A stretch of 64,000 bases of DNA from an uncultured Gammaproteobacteria bacterium (GCA_964435035.1 CAYSXR010000001.1:144192-208191); one strand, 5' to 3'. Numbered from the stretch's first letter, positions 46,417 through 55,227 are shown. The notes: a model not told the origin generated them from the letters alone. A program made the numbers and translations.

Positions 46417-46445
46417 TTGACAAAAAGGTATAAATATGCTATAGT
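46417..46445 (+). promoter_or_regulatory. Strong sigma70-type promoter TTGACA-17-TATAGT (cassette type P: cTTGACAaaaaggtataaatatgcTATAGTac)
   Basis: Perfect -35 and a 17-bp spacer. Near-identical cassettes occur at 49347-49375 and 63780-63808. It lies about 210 nt upstream of the first high-GC gene. Confidence 0.55.
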
Positions 46446-46655
46446 ACTGCGTTATTTCAAAAGCCCTACATAGGTCTTCGAAATAGCAATCCAGGGGCCC
46501 CATCAGAGAGGATATGTGTCCCTTCTGATGGAGTCCCTGGTCTAGGAGCTCCCACTGTGGCCCGTTCGGGCAATAGTGAGAGCCTTAGGCTCATTACAAT
46601 CGAAGAAGCTAGAACACGTGCCCCTATGAAAGGGGTGTAAACGAGGAGATCAGAA

Positions 46656-48104
46656 ATGATTGACCGCAACAAGAAGAGCAACAAGAAGAGCACGCCCGTG
46701 AAGGGCGGCGCTGCGGCGAACCCGCAGGCGATGGCAACCGTGGCGTCTCACAAGGACGACACGGCTCAGATCGATGTGGTGGTCGAGACCAATCCCGAGG
46801 CCGACAAGGTCGAGGGTGAGGTCAAGGCCGATGAAGAGGCGAAGGTCGAAGAGACCGTCGCCACCGCCCCGACCGAGAACGTCGAGAAGAGCGAGGAGCC
46901 GGCCGTTGTGGTCGACCCCGAGCCCGAGCTCGAGCAGAAGCGGAACTTCCGTAAGGAAGACCTCCGCCTCCGGTACAACGACAACCCGCAGGTGCTGCTC
47001 ACCTCCGCGGATCTCAGCGAAGAGGACAAGGTCCTCATCGGCGAGATCGCGAGCGAGCAGAACCAGGTCGTCCGCGACTATGCCGCGCTGGCACAGGAGC
47101 TGACCGACGAGAAGGACCAGCTCGAGCAGAAGCTCGACGCGACCAACTCCAAGCTGGGGAACGTCACCAACCTCATCGCGACCACGGTCAAGGAGACCGT
47201 GGGACAGGTGGACAAGGAGACGTCGGCCTTGATCGAAGGTCTGAAGATCGAGATCGAGGGCGTCATCGGCAAGGGTAACGGCGTGAAGAACGCCGTCACG
47301 AAGATCGGGGACGATGTCAACAAGGACATCGGCTCGCTCAAGGGTCAGGTCAACGCCAACGCCAAGTCGGTCAACGACAAGGTCGATGGGATGGCCGCGA
47401 TGCTCGGGAAGATCGACGAGAAGATCTCCGAGATCAAGTCCCCGCCGCCCCCGCAGCAGCCGCCGGCTCAGTCCAGCACCACCCCGTCCTCCGGATCCTC
47501 CGGGTGGCCGTGGGTCGTGGCCGTGGGCATCTTGCTCGCGGCCGTGATCGCGGTCTTCCTCCTGAACAAGGATGTGAAGATCGAGGTCCAGGTGCAGCAG
47601 CCGGCGGTGAACACCGTGAAGGGTGTGGTGCCGCCGGTGGTGGACAACGCTCTCGGGGTGACCTCGCAGCAGGTGACCCCGGGTGGACCGGGGAATCCGA
47701 TCGTGCCCACGGTGGTCGGTGCCACGTCCGAGGATCCCTGCAAGGGGAAGGTCGGTGGGGAGCTCGGGTCGTGTGTCCTTCAGCTGGAGAAGTTCCGGCC
47801 GAAGGGGTTCACTGATGCGCACTGGAACACGGTCGTCGAGACCTTCCAGAACGTCATCATGGTCCCCTTGAGCGTTCCGTTCAAGGACATCAAGCACCAC
47901 GACAAGGCCATCGAGCACAACATGAGGAAAGACGCGGCACTGCAGGCGTGCGTCGACGCATACGTCTTGAAGACGGATGATGTCGAGTCGAACGTCCGGT
48001 GTCAGCGGGCGGTCGATTGTCTGTTCACTTCGGTGGACGAGGCAGCACAGTGCTACATGACGCATACGCGCTCGATCACGGGCGTTTTGGTCACTGTCAA
48101 CTGA
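46656..48104 (+). CDS. Island gene 1: bitopic membrane protein (482 aa) with a cytoplasmic 11-mer-repeat/coiled-coil N-domain, one TM, and an extracytoplasmic Cys-containing C-domain
   Basis: Protein-like composition on the + strand versus R/L/D/G-rich junk on the antisense strand. TM WPWVVAVGILLAAVIAVFLL preceded by a PPPPQQPPAQ linker. Confidence 0.65.
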   Translation: MIDRNKKSNKKSTPVKGGAAANPQAMATVASHKDDTAQIDVVVETNPEADKVEGEVKADEEAKVEETVATAPTENVEKSEEPAVVVDPEPELEQKRNFRKEDLRLRYNDNPQVLLTSADLSEEDKVLIGEIASEQNQVVRDYAALAQELTDEKDQLEQKLDATNSKLGNVTNLIATTVKETVGQVDKETSALIEGLKIEIEGVIGKGNGVKNAVTKIGDDVNKDIGSLKGQVNANAKSVNDKVDGMAAMLGKIDEKISEIKSPPPPQQPPAQSSTTPSSGSSGWPWVVAVGILLAAVIAVFLLNKDVKIEVQVQQPAVNTVKGVVPPVVDNALGVTSQQVTPGGPGNPIVPTVVGATSEDPCKGKVGGELGSCVLQLEKFRPKGFTDAHWNTVVETFQNVIMVPLSVPFKDIKHHDKAIEHNMRKDAALQACVDAYVLKTDDVESNVRCQRAVDCLFTSVDEAAQCYMTHTRSITGVLVTVN

Positions 48105-48159
48105 ACCTCAACCCAACTAGTCCGACCTCCCTCGGGAGGTCGGACACAGGAGAACAGAC

Positions 48160-49095
48160 ATGAAGCAGCTCGTCGCGAAGATCGTGGTTTATTACATCGT
48201 ACTTCTCTCGGCGTCGGCCTTCGGCTCGACGCCGAACCCCGGTGACCAGTTCGACCTGATCCAGGGAGGGATCCCGGCGAAGGTCGAGGTCACGCAGCAG
48301 GAGATCAAGGCGATGGACACGTCCATCGACCAGCTCCTGAAGCGCACCGGCGGTCTCCTCAAGAAGGACGCCGAGCTCAAGAAGGAGCTCGAGGACCTCA
48401 AGAAGGAGCTCGAGGACCTCAAGAGCAAGCTCGACAAGGTGGTGAAGCCGGGTGATCTCACGGTCATCCGAGTGGATCTGGGAAGGTTGTGGACGCAAGT
48501 CAACAACCATGGACAGCGCCTCACCGAGCTCGAGCAGGACGTCGAAGATCTGAAGAGGAGCGACAAGGCTCAGGACGATCGACTCGGTGATCACGACCAG
48601 AAAATCGAGGACATCAACAAGCGCCTCGATCGAGGTCTCGGAGTGAAGTTCGGCATCGGAGCCTATGGCGTCTACGGGACGCAAGGCTCGATCAACGGTG
48701 GAGCTTCGGCTCGGCTGAGGATCCCGCTGTCCGGTGGATGGCAAGCGATCGTCAATGGCGGAGTCGGCGGCAACCATCAGGGAGCTTCAGGATTCGCCGA
48801 TCTGTCGGTCGGCTACCAGTTCGCGAGCGGCATCTACCTGGGGGCAACCCTCGGTATCGACGCCAACTGCGACGGTATGTGCACCAGGCTCCTCACGGAG
48901 ATCTGGGGCGCAGGTCCCGACATCGGCTACCTGTCCGACGATGGACTCTTCATCCGGGCTCGTGTGCTCTTCGGGAGCGAGTGGATCAAGGGTCCGACGA
49001 TGCAGATCGAGTACCCGGATCGTACGGTCTTCAAGACCGACGAGTCCCGGGAGTTCGGCATCTCGGCTTTGATCCAGCTCGGTCACGAGTTCTAG
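48160..49095 (+). CDS. Island gene 2: secreted protein (311 aa) with signal peptide, a KKELEDLKKELEDLK coiled-coil, and a Gly-rich amphipathic beta C-terminal region ending in Phe (possible outer-membrane beta-barrel)
   Basis: Signal peptide LLSASAFG; alternating hydrophobic pattern GVKFGIGAYGVYG...ADLSVGYQFASGIYLGATLGIDA...; terminal ...LGHEF. Confidence 0.6.
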   Translation: MKQLVAKIVVYYIVLLSASAFGSTPNPGDQFDLIQGGIPAKVEVTQQEIKAMDTSIDQLLKRTGGLLKKDAELKKELEDLKKELEDLKSKLDKVVKPGDLTVIRVDLGRLWTQVNNHGQRLTELEQDVEDLKRSDKAQDDRLGDHDQKIEDINKRLDRGLGVKFGIGAYGVYGTQGSINGGASARLRIPLSGGWQAIVNGGVGGNHQGASGFADLSVGYQFASGIYLGATLGIDANCDGMCTRLLTEIWGAGPDIGYLSDDGLFIRARVLFGSEWIKGPTMQIEYPDRTVFKTDESREFGISALIQLGHEF

Positions 49096-49346
49096 ACTTC
49101 AAGATTCGGGGAGTGTCTCTACTCCCCGGACCCCTCACCTCGCCGACTTCAAGGCAGAAGGGATAAGACAATGAGACAAACACTCGAGTAAACGGCGTGG
49201 TCGCACAACGCGGCCCCCAATACTGGAGCATGGGCGATATTTCGAAAGAAATGTCGCCCCTCGCACAGCGTATATCAGTCTCTGGTATGCGATGACGAGA
49301 AAAGCATCTCACGTAAATCCCGACTAAATCGGGACACGTGACAAGC

Positions 49347-49375
49347 TTGACAAACGAGAGTATTTATGCTATACT
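49347..49375 (+). promoter_or_regulatory. Promoter cassette type P (cTTGACAaacgagagtatttatgcTATACTaag) within an AT-rich patch inside the island
   Basis: TTGACA-17-TATACT, highly similar to 46417 and 63780. Confidence 0.5.
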
Positions 49376-49500
49376 AAGCTGTTACAAAATAAAGAAGTGC
49401 CATGGGAAATCTCGATGTAGTCGGGGTATCTATGGTAGATCGTCATGCACTGCATGGTGGTCCATTGAACCTTACAATATATGCGAAATGTATAAAAAGC

Positions 49501-49544
49501 TTGAAAGGCTAGAAAGGCCGGAAAGGCTTGAAATGCTAGAGAAC
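49501..49544 (+). repeat. Tandem 9-mer direct repeats (ttgaaaggc tagaaaggc cggaaaggc ttgaaatgc tagagaac) in the leader of island gene 3
   Basis: Direct reading; about 5 units with core GAAAGGC. Confidence 0.5.
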
Positions 49545-49685
49545 GTATCTTGTGACGTGAAGAAAGAAATTTTCAATAAGAATTTTTTCTTAGCGTCACG
49601 AGGAGTTCTCAGGCGTGAAAACTTCTCGTGTGGTACACGAGGAAGCAACAACAAAACCCCGATTGAATCGGGGAGGAGAAGAGTC

Positions 49686-51452
49686 ATGAAGAAGTTCAAC
49701 AAGTTCCTGTTCGTCGTCATGTTCATCTCGTTCGTCGCGGCCATCACGGGCTGCGCCGATCACGGTGGCGAGACGGTCGTCGTCAAGGGTGACGATGGGG
49801 AGAGCGTCAAGCTCTGCCCCGAGGAGCATCAGTGCTCCTCGGCCGAGTTCTGCAACTCGCAGGGTCTCTGCGTCATCCCCGGTGCCAACGGCACCAACGG
49901 CGAGGACTTCGAGCGATGCTCGAATAGTCGTGGTGACTGTGTCGGTAACGAGCTCTGCAACTCGCAGGGCGTGTGTGTGCTCGAAGGTCCGCAAGGGCCG
50001 GCGGGGGAGTCCTGTACCGTGTCGACGAAGGTCGACGGGTGCTTCTTCCTCTACTGTGGCGCAAGCGTCACGGAGATCTGCGACGGCGAGGACGGTGTGT
50101 CCTGCACGGTCGCAGGGCAGCCGGACGGCAGCGCTCAGGTCGAGTGCTCGGACGGTTCGTTCGCGACCATCCTCCCCGGACAAGACGGCGAGGACGGTCT
50201 CAACGGCACGAGCTGCACGGCCTCGACGGTCAAAGGTTGCCTCGTGGTGACCTGCGGAACGCAGTCGACGGAGATCTGCCCGGAGGATCTTCCGGATCCC
50301 GAGCCGGTCGACGGCTGCCAGAAGGACTCGGACTGCACGGACGGCAGCGAGTGCACCAACGACATCTGCGATCTCAACACCGGCACCTGCCGGTACGTGT
50401 CGCAGGTGTGTGATGACGGCGTCGCCTGCACCAACGACTGGTGTGACACGAACGGCTACTGCCGTTCGACCGCGGACAATGATCAGTGCAGCGGCGGCGA
50501 CTTCTGCTTGCCGACCGGTTACTGGTTTTGGTCCTCGGCGGTGGGTTCTGAGGAACTCGCTGACGGAGGCTGTTACGAGTGCCGCTGGGACTCTGATTGT
50601 GCCGACGGCGACGCGTGTACGGTCGACACCTGCGACGCGGGTGTTTGCAAGAAGGAAACGCGCGAGTGCCCCACGGGTGCGACGTGCGTCGAGTACTCGA
50701 GCAACTACTACGACGACTCGGAGTGGAACTACGTGTGCCAGGACAATCCGTCGTGCAGCAACAACAGCCAGTGCGACGACGGCAAGTACTGGACGACGGA
50801 TGCGTGCGTGGCCGGGGAGTGTGTCTACACCCAGGTGTCGTGCAACGACAACAACGCATGCACCGTGGACACGGTGAACTCGAGTGGGCAGTGCACCTAC
50901 GCCCAGATCTCGTGCGACGATGGCAAATCCGCCACGGTCGACACGTGCTCTGCGAATACGGGGTGCGTACACACGCCGGTGAACACCGGCTGCGAGCACG
51001 ATCTCGATTGCGATGACGTCGACGGTACGACCACGGACCTGTGCGAGGACAACGGGAGCTGTACACATACTCCCAATGCCCAGTGCAAGTCCCTGACGGT
51101 CAAGGTCGGCTGGGCCATCCTGTGGTCGCGCGGTCCCGAGATCGGAACCACCAATGTCCCGATGGGCAACTGGCGTAGCTGCGAGGAAGACGAGGCGGAG
51201 AACTGCCGTACCATGTCGTGGTGCGGTGACGACATCGTGGAGTTCAATGTTCAGCAGATGCCGAACGTGGCAGGTGCCGACTGGCTCGTGAAGAACGAGA
51301 AAGGCGACAGCCCTTGCACGTCGAACGCAGATGCGACCTTGAACTACACGCCCGCTGATCTCTTCGTCGGGGCGACGCCGGTGCAGAAGGGCTGTTCGCT
51401 CTTCTGCGACCCGAACGGGTACACCAACTACACCTGCGATTCCGCGGAGTAG
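49686..51452 (+). CDS. Island gene 3: Cys-rich repeat lipoprotein (588 aa; start at ATG 49686 with a GGAGG RBS)
   Basis: Lipoprotein signal MKKFNKFLFVVMFISFVAAITGC. Many C-x-x-D-x-D-C / C-T-N-D-x-C-D repeats (e.g. CQKDSDCTDGSECTNDICDLNTGTCRY, CDDGVACTNDWCDTNGYC). The ORF track's upstream extension from 49338 is AT-rich non-coding leader. Confidence 0.7.
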   Translation: MKKFNKFLFVVMFISFVAAITGCADHGGETVVVKGDDGESVKLCPEEHQCSSAEFCNSQGLCVIPGANGTNGEDFERCSNSRGDCVGNELCNSQGVCVLEGPQGPAGESCTVSTKVDGCFFLYCGASVTEICDGEDGVSCTVAGQPDGSAQVECSDGSFATILPGQDGEDGLNGTSCTASTVKGCLVVTCGTQSTEICPEDLPDPEPVDGCQKDSDCTDGSECTNDICDLNTGTCRYVSQVCDDGVACTNDWCDTNGYCRSTADNDQCSGGDFCLPTGYWFWSSAVGSEELADGGCYECRWDSDCADGDACTVDTCDAGVCKKETRECPTGATCVEYSSNYYDDSEWNYVCQDNPSCSNNSQCDDGKYWTTDACVAGECVYTQVSCNDNNACTVDTVNSSGQCTYAQISCDDGKSATVDTCSANTGCVHTPVNTGCEHDLDCDDVDGTTTDLCEDNGSCTHTPNAQCKSLTVKVGWAILWSRGPEIGTTNVPMGNWRSCEEDEAENCRTMSWCGDDIVEFNVQQMPNVAGADWLVKNEKGDSPCTSNADATLNYTPADLFVGATPVQKGCSLFCDPNGYTNYTCDSAE

Positions 51453-51670
51453 TCGTACCCACAAACATTTCGTGTAAAAGCTTTGAGTAGCCTAGCTACC
51501 AGACTCAAAGTTCAATCAACGTAGCGGGAGGGGGCACAAGCGTTCATCTGAATTGCGCAAGCGATTCAGTGACGAGTGCCTCCCTCCCATTCCAACATAT
51601 CTTTATCAAAATTCAGAACTCAGATTACAGTGAGAGACTAGTGAGTATTGGTAGAGAGATGTGGGGATGG

Positions 51671-51728
51671 AAAATTCAAAACTTAAAACTTAAAACTCAA
51701 AATTTAGATTTAAGTTGTGAGTTATTAC
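51671..51728. repeat. Copy of the AT-rich AAAACTTAAAACTCAAA hairpin element inside the high-GC island
   Basis: aaaattcaaaacttaaaacttaaaactcaaaatttagatttaagttgtgagttattac. Same unit as 42071-42184. Confidence 0.5.
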
Positions 51729-51795
51729 AAACCCTTTCCATCATTATGATGGTTTCAATTCCCCTCAACCGCGACGACAGAAATGTCACGCGCGG

Positions 51796-51821
51796 AAAAA
51801 ACCCGCGCATGCGGGTTTTTT
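51796..51821. terminator. Rho-independent terminator (cccgcgcatgcggg stem flanked by an A-run and a T-run; potentially bidirectional)
   Basis: ggaaaaaacccgcgcatgcgggttttttaaa. Confidence 0.6.
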
Positions 51822-51913
51822 AAATTCCATTACCTCGGGTATATCGTATAATGATGGTATATCTATGGTAGAGGAATTCTACACGCCAGTTCACAAAAAC
51901 CAGGAGGGGACAC

Positions 51914-52651
51914 ATGTTGGGTATGACGTTTCGTTTGTTTGTTTTCTGTCTCACCGTGTTCACCGCCGCATGCATCGAGGATATGCGGCGGGAGGAAGCG
52001 TCCATGGTCCAGGTCGATACGTCGACTGGCATCATGGATATGGTGGAGGAAGTCAAAGACGTACCAGATTCACGGGTCCGTGATCGGTATGATATCGAAT
52101 TTCCTCCTACAGCCGACGAGTGTGTCGTCGATGAATTCATCGCAGAGGGAAGCCCTTGCGATGATGGCGATGCATGCACGATCGATGTCTGTATCCAGGG
52201 CATGTGTCGTAATCGAGCTATCGACTGCGACGACGGAAATCCCTGGACGGATGACGAGTGCATCGTCGACACTGGGGCGTGCTCCAGTGTACATCGGGTG
52301 ACTCATTTCACCGTTCGCGCGGAGCGTCCGGGAAAGGTGAAGCTTTGGTATGGGAATCACACCGAGCCAGAGACCTATCCCATGAACTCGAGCTTCGAGA
52401 TCCAGAAGATGGATCTCTGCGTCGAGAACCGTGTGCTCACGCTCGCGGTAGAGGACGAAGAGTTCCCGGGAACCTACTGGGGTTGTAACCCTGGCCTTCC
52501 TTCGAAGAGGGAACTCGCAGTCGAGATCGACGGGGTGGACACGCCCGGTTATTTCGCTGCGGATCTCGGATGGGAGGTGCCCAACTCTGCGTGTGGTGGG
52601 AAGGGAGAGGGTGACCTCTACTTCTTGCGGGCGCAACTCGCATGTGACTGA
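51914..52651 (+). CDS. Island gene 4: small Cys-rich lipoprotein (245 aa) sharing the CTxDxC motif and a C-terminal CNPGLPSK domain with genes 3 and 5
   Basis: Signal/lipobox FRLFVFCLTVFTAAC. The segment CDDGDACTIDVCIQGMCRNRAIDCDDGNPWTDDEC. C-terminal GCNPGLPSKRELAVEIDGV aligns with LDCNPGFPSKSTLTVMVNGV of gene 5. CAGGAGGGG RBS. Confidence 0.65.
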   Translation: MLGMTFRLFVFCLTVFTAACIEDMRREEASMVQVDTSTGIMDMVEEVKDVPDSRVRDRYDIEFPPTADECVVDEFIAEGSPCDDGDACTIDVCIQGMCRNRAIDCDDGNPWTDDECIVDTGACSSVHRVTHFTVRAERPGKVKLWYGNHTEPETYPMNSSFEIQKMDLCVENRVLTLAVEDEEFPGTYWGCNPGLPSKRELAVEIDGVDTPGYFAADLGWEVPNSACGGKGEGDLYFLRAQLACD

Positions 52652-52739
52652 TGACCGGGTGTCTCGCGAAGGATAGGATGGCGTATACGCTATGCTGTCC
52701 ACCTTCGCGAGCACCACTAATTCAACAAATAGAATTATA

Positions 52740-52768
52740 TTGACAAAATACTCTTTTCCTGATATGTT
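52740..52768 (+). promoter_or_regulatory. Candidate promoter TTGACA-17-TATGTT for island gene 5
   Basis: attgacaaaatactcttttcctgatatgttg. Confidence 0.4.
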
Positions 52769-52878
52769 GATACGATTGTATCTACGCATATCGGATATCT
52801 AGAGAGGTATCTGGTATGCGCCACTGGAGAATCATTCTCAAGTGTGTATGTTCATTATAATCACATAAGTTTTTTGTT

Positions 52879-52946
52879 CAGCTAGAGGATGGGTGCAGAT
52901 AGAGGTATATGTAACATATCTTGTATCGATAGCCACCCTCTAGCTG
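52879..52946 (+). promoter_or_regulatory. Nested palindromes in the gene-5 leader (outer 13-bp arms cagctagaggatg/caccctctagctg enclosing atatgtaacatat)
   Basis: Direct reading. A second nested set (gtctcgcgaagg ... gcgtatacgc ... ccttcgcgagc) lies at 52660-52712, just after the gene-4 stop. Confidence 0.45.
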
Positions 52947-52998
52947 AGACACAGTGTCACTGCTGGAGTTCAACGGCCTCACAACGGAGGAAGGCCAA

Positions 52999-55041
52999 AT
53001 GCGTCTGAAGAACAACAACAACCGGATGTTCATCATCACGGTTGCCCTCGCCATGGGGTTCATGGCGGCGTGCACGGAACACGGCGGCGACGAGCCGATC
53101 GTGGTCGTGATGAAGGCGGACCTCGACCTCGACGAGGTCCCCAACAACGTCGACAACTGCCCGGGGGACAACAACCCCGATCAGTTGGACACCGACGGCG
53201 ACGGCATGGGCGATGCGTGCGACAACGACGTCGACGGCGACGGGGTCTTGAACCCCGCCGACAACTGCCCCGACAACTTCAACCCCGACCAGGCGAACCT
53301 CGACAAGGTCCTGGCCGACAGCGGCAACGTCACCGTGGTCGCGGATCTCTTCGGAGACGTCTGCGACAACGACGACGACGGCGACGTGGTCTGCGACCCC
53401 TGGCTCGGCGTGGACGGGTGGGAAGAATTCCATCCCGGTCAGGGCGAGACGTGTCAGGGCGAGGACAACTGTCCCGACGTCGCCAACGCCGACCAGGCGA
53501 ACCTCGACAAGGACTTCGAGGGCGACGTCTGCGACAACGACGTCGACGGCGACGGCGACCTCAACGGCGCAGACAACTGCCCGCTCGTGACCAACGCCGA
53601 CCAGGCAAACCTGGATCGGGACGACTGGGGCGACGCCTGCGACACCGACGACGACAACGACAGCTTCTGCGACGAAGCTGCCCCCGTCTCGATGCCGCGA
53701 AATGCGCCCGCGATGCCCCTCTGCGAGGGCGAGGACAACTGCCCCCGCTTCAAGAACGCGGGACAGGAAGACATGGACGAGGACGGCATGGGCGACGTCT
53801 GCGACGACGACTGCGACGGGGACCTCTACCCCGAAGCGTCGCCCTGGGATTTCCCCAACCTGTCGTGCTTCGTGTATTGCAATCCGGAAGGTCCGGGAAC
53901 CGAGTGCGACGACGCGAACACGTGCACCACGGACACCTGCAACGGGCAGGGCGTTTGCGAGTACGTGTTCACGCAGTCCGAGACGTGCGAATGCGTCTTG
54001 GACTCCGACTGCGAGCCGACCGACGCCTGCGTCACCGAGATGGCGTGCGTGGAAAACACGTGCGTCGAGACCGGATGGAAGGTCCTGACCGACGGGGACA
54101 ACTGCACCATCGACACCTGTGATCCCTCGACCGGCGTGGTCACCCACGTCGAGAAGGACTGTGGTGGGGACCTCTGCGGAGGAGGCCTCTCGTGTAACCG
54201 CATGACCGGAGAGTGCAGCACACCCGTGCCGCAAATTCCGATCAACGACAGCAACGCCTGCACCACCGACGCGTGCGATCCCGAGACCGGCGTGGTCACC
54301 CACGTCGCGATCGTCTGCGACGATGGGAACGCATGCAACGGCACCGAGACGTGCAACCCGGCTTCCGGGTGCGTCGCGGGTACGCCGCTCACGTGCGATG
54401 ACGGAAGCGTCTGCACGATCGACAGTTGTTCGGCAAACACCTGCCAACACGTGGCGGTGACGACGAACGACAACAACATGTGCACCACCGACACCTGCGA
54501 TCCCGAGATGGGGGTGCAGCACACGGCGGTGGTGTGCAACGACGTGAACTCCAACACCACCGACACCTGCGATCCGGCGACGGGTTGCGTGCACACGCCG
54601 ACGGGGAACTGCACGGTCAACGCGGATTGCAACGACAGCAATCCCCTGACCTACGACACCTGCGTCGCGCTCGTCTGCCAACATGTGGAAGGTGTCCGCG
54701 TGCAGGTCTCGTCGACCGACACGTCGGAGACCTGGCAGGTCAATTTCTACTACAACGGTACGACGATCTCCGGCAACCTGCCCTTCGACGGGACCTTGCC
54801 GAAGACGCTCGCATGCAGCTGGGGCGCCGACATCGCCGTCAACCGTCCGAGCACGAACTTGTTCTTGGACTGCAACCCGGGGTTCCCCTCGAAGTCCACC
54901 CTGACCGTCATGGTCAATGGTGTCACGAAGGCGAACGACTTCCAGGTTCGTTCGCAGGCATGCGACGGCGCTCCGCCGGGCAACCTGTGGCTCTCCGACG
55001 AGAGCGGTGACAACGACCTGGGATGCCCCGCGGCACCCTAG
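52999..55041 (+). CDS. Island gene 5: lipoprotein (681 aa) with at least 5 thrombospondin type-3 Ca-binding repeats followed by CTTDxCDPxTG Cys-rich repeats and the shared C-terminal domain
   Basis: Signal/lipobox MFIITVALAMGFMAAC. DNCPGDNNPDQLDTDGDGMGDACDNDVDGDG-type TSP3 repeats (five DNCP motifs). Repeated CTTDTCDPETGVVTHV/CDDG units. RBS GGAGGAAGG upstream of ATG 52999. Confidence 0.75.
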   Translation: MRLKNNNNRMFIITVALAMGFMAACTEHGGDEPIVVVMKADLDLDEVPNNVDNCPGDNNPDQLDTDGDGMGDACDNDVDGDGVLNPADNCPDNFNPDQANLDKVLADSGNVTVVADLFGDVCDNDDDGDVVCDPWLGVDGWEEFHPGQGETCQGEDNCPDVANADQANLDKDFEGDVCDNDVDGDGDLNGADNCPLVTNADQANLDRDDWGDACDTDDDNDSFCDEAAPVSMPRNAPAMPLCEGEDNCPRFKNAGQEDMDEDGMGDVCDDDCDGDLYPEASPWDFPNLSCFVYCNPEGPGTECDDANTCTTDTCNGQGVCEYVFTQSETCECVLDSDCEPTDACVTEMACVENTCVETGWKVLTDGDNCTIDTCDPSTGVVTHVEKDCGGDLCGGGLSCNRMTGECSTPVPQIPINDSNACTTDACDPETGVVTHVAIVCDDGNACNGTETCNPASGCVAGTPLTCDDGSVCTIDSCSANTCQHVAVTTNDNNMCTTDTCDPEMGVQHTAVVCNDVNSNTTDTCDPATGCVHTPTGNCTVNADCNDSNPLTYDTCVALVCQHVEGVRVQVSSTDTSETWQVNFYYNGTTISGNLPFDGTLPKTLACSWGADIAVNRPSTNLFLDCNPGFPSKSTLTVMVNGVTKANDFQVRSQACDGAPPGNLWLSDESGDNDLGCPAAP

Positions 55042-55227
55042 AACTTCTCCTGCGACGACTGCAGGAGCATCTCGAAGTGAACGTGTGATTCGCTTCTGTA
55101 GGTGAATGTTCGAAGACAATCACACAAACCGGGGGAAGTGCGCTCGCTACTACAGCGACCGCTTCCTCCCCTCTACTCTGAATTCAAGTACGATCTTGAG
55201 AATAGAGTAGAAGGGCACGCTAGAATA

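Noticed and set aside
46650-48065. 471-aa minus-strand ORF covering island gene 1 (also 49596-51464 minus, 622 aa, and 52957-55119 minus, 720 aa, plus many shorter ORFs in 46.7-55.1 kb)
   Set aside because: These are typical antisense artefacts of high-GC DNA: Arg/Leu/Asp/Gly/Val-rich low-complexity translations, no signal peptides or motifs, and complete overlap with plus-strand genes that have RBSs, lipoboxes and domain repeats.
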